This document shows, piece after piece, positions 51,284-64,000 of a stretch of DNA of 64,000 nt (its first letter is position 1; every line of letters starts with the position of its first letter). This DNA is from Chlorokybus atmophyticus (lineage: Eukaryota > Plantae > Mesostigma and Chlorokybus algae). The translations under genes and the position numbers were made by a program. The notes beneath the pieces are model-generated. The model was not told the DNA's origin. It worked only from the letters and a program-made list of their open reading frames with translations, and searched no databases. The stretch is from contig RHPI01002503.1 in the NCBI GenBank assembly GCA_009103225.1, forward strand, positions 996,451 to 1,060,450, read 5' to 3'.

Positions 51284-52898
51284 CTATGTGCCTCTGTATG
51301 TGTGTGGTACAAGTTGTGTGCTCTTCAACATGTGTGCGCCATGTACACGTGGAGCAACATAAGATCTCAGTTTTAAGAGAGCCGTCGCTTTGCTAAACGC
51401 TCAGGCGCACAAGACTTCTTCGGCTGGGAGGCAGATCACAAGACAGAGTGGGAGGTAAACGACAACTTGCTGGGCAACATTCGCATCTATGAGTTGATGA
51501 AACTCGCTTTGGGCAGCACCGCAGCTGCAGAGCCACCCACCTCCTTTATAACCGATGGCGGTGAATCGGAGTTAAAAAACATGTCAAGGAATGGTTGCAC
51601 CGTACGGCTTCAAAGTCAACTGCATACGCGTATATACGTGTATAATATAAATTATAATGCATACTTATTGCATGCGCGTATCATATGGCGTGCGTGCATG
51701 CGTGCGTGCGTGCAATGCAATAGCAGCGACAGTTTGTGAGCATTATGTGGAAGGGCTTAACCTTTGCTAGCATGAACCGTTGAGCCTGCTTGAAGTGGCC
51801 AATGCAGATTCGGATTGAGACCGACTGACCATTGCCAACTCGGCCTGTTGCAGAGTAAGTCAAGGCTTTTTGCTTTGTTCTACCGCTAGAAAAATGCCCC
51901 TGCCACGAGTTGAAGGCCAAGCTGCACCGCGCGTCATTAAGTTGTGCATTGCTTATGGCGCGCGGTGCGTTACCCTGCACTCGAGGCAGGTGCATTTTCC
52001 TGGCGGCGGGGTAGTGCAAAAATGGTGGCATACCATTGTAAACGCATAATTTGCAATGCACATAATGTTTTTACATGATGTAACATTGCCGAATGCAAGG
52101 ATGGCCTATACCGCATATCCGTATATACCCATATACATGGACTTGCAATGCATACCCGTATGCCGTATGGTGCAACCATGTGTTAAGGTATGTGAGCATT
52201 CTCTACATGAATATTATGCTTAATACTTGTGATGAAACCATTTTTATGATGTGCTTGTGATGTGGATAGGTGAGACTGGCGGGGGGGACTACAGGCCAGA
52301 AGCGCAAGGCAAAGGTTACAGTACCATTAATGATGCTATCAACCGGTAGAGCGAGCAGCAAGAACGTTAAGCAATTGAGCGATGAAAGCGTGAGGCAGCT
52401 GCAAAACAAGCAGGGTTGGTAGCGCTTAAGGAAAAGGGTGACAAGCAATATTCAGATATTCTGGGAAGATGTCAAGTGAGGCAATTATGACGCTCCGTAG
52501 TGCTTAAGTTGATGTAGTTGTGACATACAAGTTGCTAGCTTATAGCCATACCACAGCATGCACAAGTTGTGCACGCATCAAGTGTGATAAACACATGGAA
52601 TTTTTGCCGTGGATCACCCCTGGTCCTCACGTACGGACCAGGGCCAAGTTGCGTGGGCGGCTTGAGGTCTGGACCAGGGTCCCCCGCCTTGGTTTGCACG
52701 CAGGGACCAGGGCTGGTCCAAACAGTACCAGATTGTTCCACGGTCCCCGAAAACCTAAGCCAGGGCTGATTTCAGTGAATGGGACCATGCATGGTCCTTT
52801 GCATGTCATTATGCTCACTGCCAGTTTCATTTCGCAGTTTTCCGTGCCGCGTGATGCACGTGATGCGTAATACGCCGCCTTGTACAGTAAAACGCGTG

Positions 52899-53403
52899 GC
52901 ACGTGATTTTTATTTCATGACCGCTCGTATTAATTGCCGCAGGGTAGCACGCGGCGAAGCACCCTATCTTAACGCCCGCGACTTAAGCATAGATGCACAG
53001 TTTGAGTGCATAGTCGGACGCCCCCCCAAAAATCAACGGAGTCAGCGGAGCGCACGTGGCATCGTTCAATATATGCGAACCGTTGGATGTTATTTAGGTA
53101 TTAAACACGCGTGACTTGGTGTCTGATACCGTTACGCGTCACGATCTGTGGCACGTGATTTTTATTCTATGACCGCTCGTGTATGTATTGATCGCCGCGG
53201 GGTAGCACGCGGCGAAGCACCCTATCTTAACGCCCACGAACTTAAGCATAAATGCACAGCTTGAGTGTATAGTCGGACGCCCCCCAAAAATTCTATGGAG
53301 TCAGCGGAGTGCACGTGGTATCGTTCAGTATATGCGGACCGTTGGATGTTAGATAGTCAATAAACACGCGTGACTTGGTGTCGGATACCGTTACGCGTCA
53401 CGA
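52899..53403. repeat. Tandem duplication of a ~250-bp unit at the left of the Helitron region
   Basis: gcacgtgattttt...gataccgttacgcgtcacgat at 52899-53145 and 53150-53403. Confidence 0.9.
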
Positions 53404-53619
53404 TTGGGCGAGGTGTGCAGTCGAATTTGCAGGCGATGTCTGCAGCCTAATCTGCTTCGACGTTTCGGAAACGTATATGGCCTTAGCATGCCTTGTGCGG
53501 CGTGTTGTTGTTTTCGAAATGTGGGTCCGGCGGCGGTCGTTAGTGTGGCGGTGGCGTGGTTGTCGCTTAGTTGCATTGCTGTATTTGCGGTAGTTGTGAG
53601 TAGGCCTTAACTCGTAATA

Positions 53620-55621
53620 ATGTCAGGTGGTGAAGGAAGCGCAAGTGCCGTGGGGGATGTCGGGGTTCCTGTTGAGCGTTGGTGGACGCGCGATGAAATG
53701 AACCATTACCTCAAGGTAAATTACATTGTGTGGGTATTCAATGCATAGTGATAATGTATGACAATTGGTCATCATGACATGTGCGGTAGGTGGACGGCAC
53801 GTTGTTCCCCTTTATGCCACCTGCTGACGTTTTGCAAGCTGCCAACGCTGTGAATGCGGAAAGCGCTTATGCTGATCACCCTGCGGCGAATCATTGGGTT
53901 GATGAGGAGAAAGCTATGCTAGCTATTCTCATGTCATCTGATGTGACGACACGTTTTGCCATGAACACGCTGTTGAACGTCATGGAAGGGCGTGCGCCTA
54001 AAAAACGCACTATGAATCTTTATTCTGTATTGAGGTTTTATGACCATGTCGTCACATGGTGCCGTGGTGGTTCAAAGCCTCTTGAAGATCCTGATGAGAG
54101 GGAATGGTTTAAAGAGCAGCGAGTTGATGTGTCTCGTCGATTGATCCGAAACCAGCTGACCAGCCGCGAGGTACGGAAATATTTGAGCATGGATGTTGTG
54201 GTAGCAACTGAGTTTACTCTATGCGCTAGGTACCGATGGTTGGTGAAGAGTTACACGCATATTACGCACATTATATTATTTTTTTTCGTTTAAATTGGTG
54301 GCGGTCTCGTTGCGCGGCAGCCATGGAGCCATTGATCGGGCAATGGGACAGTTTCATCGACGACGACACGGCATCACCATGTCAGCTGGTTGAGCATTGT
54401 GGGAATCGCCATGATTAATGTTAATTTATATATTTTATGTGATCGCAATATAAGCGCCGGAAATTTACTTAAATGCCATTCCGGTGTTCTTTCGCAAAAG
54501 CAATCAGCGTCTATTTGTGCGTTTAGAGGACGCTGCTTGTGTGGTGGGCATGAAAAAAATCCCTTGCCTCAGTGCGCTTTTTGACATGGACGCAGAAGAT
54601 GTGGATGTCACCGAAGACATACACGATGAAACTAGCATGTGGGGCGTGGCTGAAGGTACGCAGTTTGTATACGGCAGACACTGTTGCAGCATGCAAAAGC
54701 ATGCATTATTGCTGTCAATAATATTTCGCATGTAGGTCGCCAACGCGCTGGTCTTCCAGTGTCAGTGAATACCTCAGATGTCGCCATGTCCTTGGCGCCG
54801 ACAGCACCACCTTGCTCCCCTCCTGACCCTGACTCCGACACAGAAGATAATCTTTTTCATGACGAAAGCGATTAGTCCGACCAGGAAGACTAAGCAGCTC
54901 CCCAGCGAGCCGAAGTCCCGGGCGATGACGACTTGCACGCCCCCCTTCAGCAAGGTTCTGAAGATGTGATGTTGATCAAAGATTCTTGTTATTCGAGGCT
55001 CAACAAGTGGCGTCGGTGGGCAGTTTGGGTCTGGAGTATGGCTGCACAAGACTGCCGCGTTTGTCGGTTGCAACAGGAGACCGAGGTATTCATTAGTCGT
55101 GGTCACTTCTTGTATTGCCATGGCAACACCGGCAACTACGGCACTACCATGCGGTTGCCATACATTCAGGCCATTATGCAAGCGAGTTTCGCTACAGCCC
55201 GAGCACATGCAGCTGCCCTGGCCCTGCCCGCCCCTACAGACCTCACATTGGAGGCATCGTCGGTCACGCTGGCGTTGCCCGCTCCTTGACCACATATTAC
55301 TCCTGCTGAAAGCAGCCGCAAAAGACCTAGGTTGCCCTCGCCTTCACTCACAGGTATTTATGATGCAACGTGTGTGTGCGTTACTGCTGTTGAAGGTCAT
55401 TGCCAATTTGTTTAAGCAATGTACATATCACAATGGTTACTAGGCCAAGCGCAGTCAAGACAGAGGAAGGTGGACCGGGCTCACGGCCTGTGAAGCGCGA
55501 TGACACCGCTGAAGATCTCCTCAACGCGCAGGTGGCTTCCTTTGTGTTGGACTACACTAAGATTTTGAGCGAAGAAGAGTTCATTAACAATGTGCGGCAT
55601 GTGTATCGCCAAGGTTATTAG
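53620..55621 (+). pseudogene. Intron-containing gene of unknown function upstream of Helitron RepHel (Helitron ORF1 or captured gene); premature stops
   Basis: MSGGEGSASAVGDVGVPVERWWTRDEMNHYLK|VDGTLFPF...LTSRE| with GT-AG junctions; in-frame stops near 54875. Confidence 0.55.
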
Positions 55622-56389
55622 AATGTAGTGATGACTGATTAGGGGTGTAGTAACGTTTCGAAATGTACTAGTGGCCTTTCATGACGCGCACAAGCAGGCT
55701 GCTCTTCCAAACCGTCCGTGTTAACTGTAAACGCAATTCACTAGTATTAGCCATTAATGTATTTATCGTTTGCCGTTGACCCCATGTACGACTGTATTCC
55801 CATACGATGGTACCGTGCCTTGAACGGTAATGGCAATAAATTCAGCCAGTAATGCATTCACCGTTTGCCGTGTACTTGATGTACGACTATATTTCAGTAC
55901 GATGGCCCCATGCCGTTAATGTTAATGGCTGACAGTATTGGTAGTGCCACGCCGTTTGTTGTTTACCGTGTAGGGAACACGTGATGCATTGTACATCGAG
56001 TGTCGACGTGACGCGCGCATAGGTAGCCGCGTGGCCGCCCCACAGTCGTAGATTAACGAAAACTATCGCACTACATCTAACGGCAGTACAGAACAGCAAT
56101 ATATACCAGTAGACATCGCTGCCAGCCGTTCATTTGATTGCCTAACCCTTGTGCGCCTGGCGCGGATTGGGCGCGGCGGCGGCGCAGACGTTTCGGAAGC
56201 TGTATGGCGCCTGAAAGAGGGACTTGAAGGCCCTGTATCGTCCGAAACGACGGTGTCACTTGCACGTCAGAACTATGAGTACGTTATTGTTGCAGTGTAT
56301 GGCAACTGTATCACATGCGTTGTTTTCCATGAAACTACAGTCGTGGACGGCCGTTTGTAATCAAACTTTCGTGTTGATGTTGTGTTGCT

Positions 56390-59300
56390 GTTGTAACGGG
56401 CGTGTGCAAATTAGCAATGATGGCACGCACACCAAGGTGCGACCGTTTGCCAACCTTACACACCCTCCGTATTCGTTAGTCAATCTGTATATGGATAGAT
56501 ATATACGGCAAAACACTAAATGGGCCATATGTTTTTCGTGTCGACGTAAACATGATTGCAAAACAGAGTTTTTAAGCGCACTCACGCCCCGACATATCAA
56601 ACGCCTGCGTCGTAAATTTTACACGTTAACTGACAAGGGACTGAAGACTGACGGGTGCCTGACTCTGCCTGACCCTACCTGACGTAACGGATTGGTCCAT
56701 CAAGGGACTTTTTTGGACGGCCGTTACTATCAAGCAACATATACCGACGGCAAGTGGTCGACCGATAAGTACAATCGACGGCGGCCTGCCTGTGACGGCA
56801 ACACCGCACTTTACAGTGACGGCCGATTGTCGATCGTCCCATTTGCGCGATGGCGACCTATCCGTATAGCAGATAAGTCACGTTTTGGTCACATACAGTG
56901 ACGGCCGAGCGTCGGTCGTACCCTGACCGTCGAAAAGTATGCGCGACGGCCTGCCTACTTTGGCAAGTCACCGTTAGTCCCTATCAGGTGACCTTATCGC
57001 GTTTATCAAGTGACCGTCGATCGCCGGTCGTGCACTTAACGCGGCGGCGACCTACTTATTGTGTGTCAAGTATATTAAGCAAGTGACCGCCGGTCCATAA
57101 AGGTCGGCAAGTCGGGACAGTGGTACCGGCCGGCAAGTCGGGACACTGGTACAATGCAGCCGCCGTACCATGTCAATGGTACAAAAAGTGCCATTGCGAC
57201 AATGTTACTTTCATACCATTATAATACGATAATGCCGTTGCGAGTCACATTTCGGCAACGCGTTTGAATAACTTGGGCTGCCCAAGTTATTCAAACGCTC
57301 AACGGCTCCAAGTTGAACACAGCGTTGTGGGCGGCGGCGGCGGCGGCGACGGCAACGGCTAACAGTAGGTGAGCTTGGTTGCTGTCTGACGTTGTACTAC
57401 GCGCAACACCGCATGCCATCTAACCACCCTCCTTGCCTTATGGCGGCCAGCCTAGGCCAGACCAGGCCAGGCGGCGGCAGCGGCGGCGGAGAAGGAACGG
57501 CGGCGGCGGAGCTGGAGCGGGCGGTGCAGGAGCCGCAGCTCAGTACAAGGGTAGTACTAGCAGTAGTATCTAAGGTAGTAGTAGCTGTAGTGGTAGTGGT
57601 AGCAGTAGTGGTAGTCTAATTGTACTAGCAATAGTAGTAGTAGCTTAGTATCTTACATTATAAATGATTTATTGTTTTTTTGTTTTTAATTATTTGTCAC
57701 GCAATCTTGCACAGCTGATGACGAAAGTCACGTGTAACACCCAATCATGACTGAGCGGTACCAGCAGGTACTTTTAAAAGTACACATCATTATCGATAGG
57801 TACCTTAAGGTATTTGACAATGTCGCTCAGTTAGCGTACAGTCGCCGGTACCTAACTGATAGGTACCGGTCAGTAACCTGTAAGTTAGGTCAAGTCCCCT
57901 TTGCTTAACTGTTGAGTACCTGACAGGTACCTATCAATTAGGGTCAGGCCCTTAATGCAGACGGCCGCCAACTAATGGTGACGGCCGTTATGCTCAGGTC
58001 TCTGTATCGAGATTGCCGGTAGACTACAGGTCGACCGTCTCAATGAGTATCCTCAGGTGCACGACCGTTGCCAATATTCAGTCGGCCGGCAAGGGAAACA
58101 TTTTGCGACGACGTGTTAAGTTTAAAGCCCTTGCACATTATGATGTAATCTTTACTTATCACGAGACTAAGTCTGCAAAAACAATACCACAATTATGGTT
58201 ACACGCATGGTGGCATTGACGTTGAATTCGTCTTTACTGGTCCGTTGATACAATGGTTAGATAATAGTTTGCTATTGGATGGGCATGCCACAGTTTTGCA
58301 AGATATCTTATGCGAAATGCTAGTGCAGAATGTGTATGTTCAACACTATTGCACAACGATGGAACAGCTATGACGTAATCTCGGAGTGGTTGTGTTGACT
58401 GCAGATGTGATTGCAAGCTTAGTCAGTCATCATATTGCGCGTAACCCAAATGCTGTTGATCTTGGAACCGAAGTGCATTGTGCAATATCTACATGCGTAC
58501 CCATTGAAGCGGGTAGCATGCCAAAATCGCGCAATACGCTAAAATGTAATGGAAAGCTTTTTGCTGAAAATTTGGTGCAACGCGATGCGCAAAAGGAAGT
58601 TGAGTTCTTCGTTTCTCCCATGACCACACGCAGCGCTAACATGTCAGTAGAAATGGCGTTATTCCCGTTCTTATATCCATCTGGCAGGCATGACTTCAGC
58701 GGTACGTGCAACATTGGAACATATTTGTCATTTCGTTTCTCTTGTTTATTTTCGGTGTACACATTATACAAGCCATACTTGTTATTGATGTATCAAGTTT
58801 GGCAAGCATGCCGCGTTATGAGTATGCGCTATACGGTATGATTTAAAAAAGAGTTTAACAAATACCAAAAAACAAATCCCTTCAGTACAGATGAAATGGC
58901 GTACCAAAATATTATGAAATATTATATACCCAGTACAGTGCCACAATCGCCATTATGGCACAAGAATCAATTGATGGATGTGTTGACGTTAATCGATCAT
59001 TGGGGTCTACCTTCATTATTTTTGACTTTGACGGCTGACGAGGTGTCGTCGTCACGCTGGGCGAATTTAATAATCTCAAAATTATTGTACAATCGATCAA
59101 TCCCAACATGACATGGCGTGATTGTCTCGTAGAAAGAGCGATATTATTTCAGGAAAATGCACAAATGTTTACAACAATTCATATTGGGCAAACCCAGACA
59201 ATTTCGCGCGATAAACATAGGTCGCGGCGTCAATCTACATAACGTTGACAAGTATTGCGCACGGCCAGCCTCACTTGAACACGTTATGTTTTATGATTAT

Positions 59301-60221
59301 TTTTGAGATTACGATTGTGTCGACAGCAAAACGCATGCTACGATTCAATTTGACCATTGTACTAATAAGTACATTGACTTCATGTGTGTCACCATACACA
59401 CCACCACGAAATATGTGTATCGCTTCTGCCAGCTTAAAATAATCAGGTCCATCGATTATCATCCAACACATCACATGCAAGCGTATTTTGACAATGTGCT
59501 TCTGCTGGTGCCGTTTCGAACAGAGAATCAAATACAACTATCTGAAGACGCTGATTGTTTGCAAGAATGCATTACGCGAGGAATAGTTGATGTCGACAAC
59601 ATCGATGAGCACTTGCATTTGTATACAGAAAGGTACATGCAAAAAGAGGTCGATGGCGAATTGTTGCCGAACATCATGCAACAAAGAATGCACAACATGC
59701 ATACGACACCCATACCATCTTCGATTAACGTAGTCACAGATGCCGATGATATACACATGTTTGAACGTGACTTCAAAATGTACACCGCCGATAAATTGAT
59801 GGGCTCACAACGATCGATATTCAACGACATAATCAATAGTGGTGAAGGATTGTATGTTCTTAGCGGCACTCCAGGTAGTGGCAAAACACATATGATTAAG
59901 ACACTCGCATCACATTATGCACGCCACGGAAAACATGTGTTCCTGACCGCTAGCATCGGAGCTGCAGCCAAAAGAATACATCCTGCAGCCACTTCAATCC
60001 ATAGCGCCTTTAAGTTGCCTTTTCATGATGATGGCTTTATGAGCACATTGTACCTGACCGATGCAGCGTACTTGGGCATTGCAACTATGGACGTGCTGAT
60101 TATAGACGAATTCTCGATGCTCACAAGCAGAACATTTAATCTGATTATGCATCGCATGCAAACCGTGCATGCATTGATGACTATACTTGATGTGGTCACA
60201 GTGATTCTAGTCGGCGTGTAA
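56390..60221 (+). pseudogene. Helitron Rep/PIF1-helicase, frameshifted, interrupted and truncated
   Basis: ALFPFLYPSG; HWGLPSLFLTLTADE (Rep motif 1); RPASLEHVMFYDYF; LLLVPFRTE; LSGTPGSGKT (Walker A); TASIGAAA; LIIDEFSML; ends at VILVG; HUH and Y2 motifs not found. Confidence 0.85.
56622..58115. mobile_element. Non-autonomous CMC/CACTA-like element with CACGT...ACGTG ends and 3-bp TSD TTA, nested in RepHel
   Basis: tta|cacgt at 56622 and acgtg|tta at 58115; many GACGGCCG-type subterminal repeats; removing it rejoins Helitron-like coding sequence. Confidence 0.65.
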
Positions 60222-61945
60222 CAGTCAAGGCCAAATTTTGTGATTTTCATGGCCGTTTTAGGCCTTATTTGTAAGGTACATGTTTTTTATGACTCGTGGC
60301 GGTTATCGGCGAGTTATGAGTCTGCCGCGGATATCGACCGGGGCCCCAAGACCAGTCCGGAAGGTGCCAGAAAACGGAGGGCCAGTCGAGAAGGGCTCGA
60401 CCAGATTTCTGGAAGGGCCTGGCGCCAAGTCACAGGGCTTTTTACGCGCGGACCAGTCGTACGCAGCAGCCCGTAGACCACGTCTGGTACGTTGTAGCGT
60501 ACCAGTGCCGCGACAGGTCCGGCATGATCGGACCACCGGTGGTTCGGCCCCGGAGCCCGCCGATATGGTCCGAATGACCGGACCAGGGCTGGTGGCGTGT
60601 CCCGCGGCCTGCAAACGCGCGGAACAATGGTACCAGAAAGACAGCAGCTGTGACCAAGTCTGGTCCGTACGTCGTTGTTCACAGCAAATAGCGCGCGTCC
60701 GGCCAGAATGCATGGACTTTGTGGTAAGATCTAGCCGCGGTCTTGAAACGTCAGCAGAGCGGCAAGTACGACACTGTACCCATCCTGTGCTGAAACCCTA
60801 ATTCGCACTGAGGCACTGCTTGCGTCGTTGGTTGATGTTAGCGGCAAGCTACTGGAGCTGGAGGCGGCGGCGGTGCTGGAGGAAAAGCCTATCAAGCCTA
60901 CTAACTTGCAGACAAGTAGCAATGTTCTCCATGGCACTGCGCTTAACTTGCTGTAAGTTGACTTTTGTATATGGCATTCCTAAATCAGCTGCCACAGCTG
61001 GAGCTCCTGCTGTCGGTACTGCTACCATTGGTTGCGCTGATTGTGTCGTTGTTGTCAATGACATTGTTACTATTGTACTTGCTGCTGTTGTGGCTTCGCG
61101 AGCAAAAATAACAACGCAAGCCATGGTAAGAGCCGCAGCCGCTGTAGCCGCCTACAATTGCAGTCGCAGCTGCTGCAGCTGCTACAGCAGCTACAGCAGC
61201 AGGCACTGCTGCGGCGCTATAGCTATAGCATTAACCTCCACCACAATTGAATCAAACCGTTGGGCTGTGTCGTCAACAGTCAAGCACATATGCATGCACG
61301 CCTGCACATGAATGCACTTGAACACCGGTCTGCATGCGTGCATTCAGTGCAGGCTGCTCAGCACTTGTCCACCATCTATAAGCCTTTGCTGCTTGTTGTG
61401 ACCAAGATATGTCACAATGGACTATCCGATGTCATGGCCAATTGCATGCTTGCATTGTGAGACTTTGCCTAAGGCAGCCAGCGTTGCTTGTGTGGATGCA
61501 CCTGCACGGTTTCAGCCTCATTGTTGTATTCAGGTAAAGCAATGTCAGCCAGCAACCGCGCATGCACTATTTTGCTGGGACGTTTGCACATGGCTTGTGC
61601 AATCAAGGCATGTACATGCTTGCTCCACTCTTGTTATGTACTTGCACGAGCTACAACCATTACAAGCATGTACAAGCTTATAGAGCTAGTTTAGTGTGCT
61701 TTATATTTGCACGTGCAGTGACCGTCCAGTCTTTCAGCGCAACTCCTCGTCACCCCAACTCAAATGCTGGCAGGGTGTTACGCGCACGCGCATGCACGCA
61801 CGCGCGTGCATAAGAGAAGCTTATGCACCACCATGGCTGCAACTGCCTTGATGGGGGTTGGTGGGGGTAGTCCAACGCTGCTGCTCAGAGGGTGCAACAC
61901 TCGGGAACGCTACAATGAGATTCAACTGAACCGTAGGTGAGCGAA

Positions 61946-62438
61946 NNNNNNNNNNNNNNNNNNNNNNNNNNNNNNNNNNNNNNNNNNNNNNNNNNNNNNN
62001 NNNNNNNNNNNNNNNNNNNNNNNNNNNNNNNNNNNNNNNNNNNNNNNNNNNNNNNNNNNNNNNNNNNNNNNNNNNNNNNNNNNNNNNNNNNNNNNNNNNN
62101 NNNNNNNNNNNNNNNNNNNNNNNNNNNNNNNNNNNNNNNNNNNNNNNNNNNNNNNNNNNNNNNNNNNNNNNNNNNNNNNNNNNNNNNNNNNNNNNNNNNN
62201 NNNNNNNNNNNNNNNNNNNNNNNNNNNNNNNNNNNNNNNNNNNNNNNNNNNNNNNNNNNNNNNNNNNNNNNNNNNNNNNNNNNNNNNNNNNNNNNNNNNN
62301 NNNNNNNNNNNNNNNNNNNNNNNNNNNNNNNNNNNNNNNNNNNNNNNNNNNNNNNNNNNNNNNNNNNNNNNNNNNNNNNNNNNNNNNNNNNNNNNNNNNN
62401 NNNNNNNNNNNNNNNNNNNNNNNNNNNNNNNNNNNNNN
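61946..62438. other. Assembly gap (N run)
   Basis: Direct reading; boundaries approximate. Confidence 0.97.
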
Positions 62439-64000
62439 GAGCAGCAAAGGGAGTACTACGCTATGTTGCTGGGAGCGCAACAGGGGGGGGGGGGAGGGGG
62501 AGGATACGTGCGCGCATACACACGCGCACACGGGCATGCGCGTGCAAGCATGCATGTGCTCGTCATTACGCACGCATGCACGTGCACAAGCATGCATGTG
62601 CACTTCATCTCGGACGCATGCACGTACACACACATACACGCTTTCTTAACCTACAGCAACTGGCTCATAGGCTGGACTGTGCAGTGCGGCCTATGAGCCT
62701 GTTGCTGTAGAGTGGCTTATAGTATGCATTGGGCAGTGCGGCCAGTCAGTACTGCGTGTACGCTACACTACTGTTAACATGTGTGTTCCCCCGCTAACTT
62801 ATAGACTGGAGTGTCCACACATGCATGCGCAAGCACTTATTGTCATGAGCATGCAAGCACGCATGCACACATACACACAGTTGTTGGCTACCTGCACTTG
62901 TTAGCGTAGCCTTATAGGCTGCGCTGTTCAGTGCAGCCTGTAATGCTGGCTGGGAGATCGCACTGACCAGTGCGGCCTATGACTCGTAGAATCCAGTGAC
63001 CAAGCTGGTCATTGGATACTAAAAGTCATAGGCGGCTGTGTGGAAGTGCCAAGACTGCGTCCGACTATGGACAATGCTGCTCCATGATGTACACATATAA
63101 CACGCAGGGTGCTGCAGGCTGCTGCCGGGCGACATGTGGCGCGGGTGGCACCGAGCCAACAGGGAGACGCTCAGCTGGTACGCTTGGCTGGTACGCTCAC
63201 GAATGCATATGGTTGCATGTGTGTATCGCTTTACAAATGCAATGCACATGGTGGCAGCTCTCTCGCACGCATACATGCACTGCTACTGAGCGACTGCATT
63301 TGAAGCACTGGTTTTCTTGACAAATGCCTTCATGTACACGTTTCAGCAGGCTTGCATGACTGTTTGCAGGCACTGCATTGCGGACCATTTACATACATGT
63401 ATGCAGACACACAAGCATGCAGCACATACCCTTGTACTGTAAGGCAAGCATGCTTGCATGGCTGTCAGGTGCACACACTGCAGCCGCTGTGACTGTCTAT
63501 GCGTTGCGGTCAGGTACCAGCTACACATAGTTGTCGTGTGGGCTGGTAAAAGTGACCAGCTGCACATGTTTGTCGTGTATACTTTTGCTCCACAGTCTAA
63601 ACATAGTAGTACTATGTGCTTGCTAGTGCATACTTTAACTAGCCACCTACAACACCGCGTGCGCTCTTGCTTGCGGTGTTGTGCTGATGGGCGACGCACC
63701 GTGATTTACGCGTGCATGACTGTGCTCTACCTTACAGTCATCTCCACTAGCAGGCTGGCGGCTGCTGAGAGCTGGGAGGCAGGCGCCGCAAATATCAAGT
63801 ATGGCCACGTGCGCTTCCCGACAGATCACCACGAGGGATTGCAAGGAGCTTGCTGTGTGTGTGGGAAGAAAGTCTTGAAGGGGGGGGGCTGGCATGGCAC
63901 GGCTTTACCCAAAGCAAGCTAGCACACATATGCACGATTGTGTCCTTCAATGGTCATCAATAGCCACACTCGGGCGTGCCTGCCAGCACGGGGGGGGGGG

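Noticed and set aside
51340-52450. Open frames, one with a Myb-like WSNIRSQF start
   Set aside because: Contain stops and no family could be supported.
59382-60221. Host PIF1 helicase gene
   Set aside because: Truncated after motif II and preceded by Helitron Rep-like sequence; it is a decayed Helitron.
61821-62710. Long ORFs of 257-272 aa
   Set aside because: Artefacts of the N gap.
63750-63922. Cys-containing exon-like peptide (CCVCGKK), possible transposase C-terminus
   Set aside because: Too short, with no upstream catalytic motifs.

Overview
Eukaryotic genomic DNA with short GT-AG introns. The gene set (SPINDLY, PRP39) and intron style fit the green lineage, probably a streptophyte alga; this is an inference. 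Host genes: part of BLOS1 (minus strand, left edge), PRP39 (1271-4981), SPINDLY (14614-19137) and an unusual ankyrin plus roughly four-PAS-domain protein (25221-30576). Most of the rest is transposon-rich. It contains a 10-exon CryptonF-like tyrosine-recombinase gene with a GCR1_C domain and all expected catalytic residues (9106-12114). A nest of three decayed Ty3/Gypsy elements carries DNA-methyltransferase-like cargo: a C5-DNMT plus PHD element whose DNMT is split by a chromovirus with a Dam-like domain, next to a third element with the same Dam-like domain. Two related ~0.5 kb TRIMs each have a tRNA-type Pol III A-box in the LTR and a B-box just past the PBS; one shares its PPT and LTR start exactly with the chromovirus. 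Also present: a decayed Helitron with a nested CACGT-ended element, a TA-flanked MITE stack, satellites, and an N gap (about 61946-62438). All calls come from manual reading; no database search was run.
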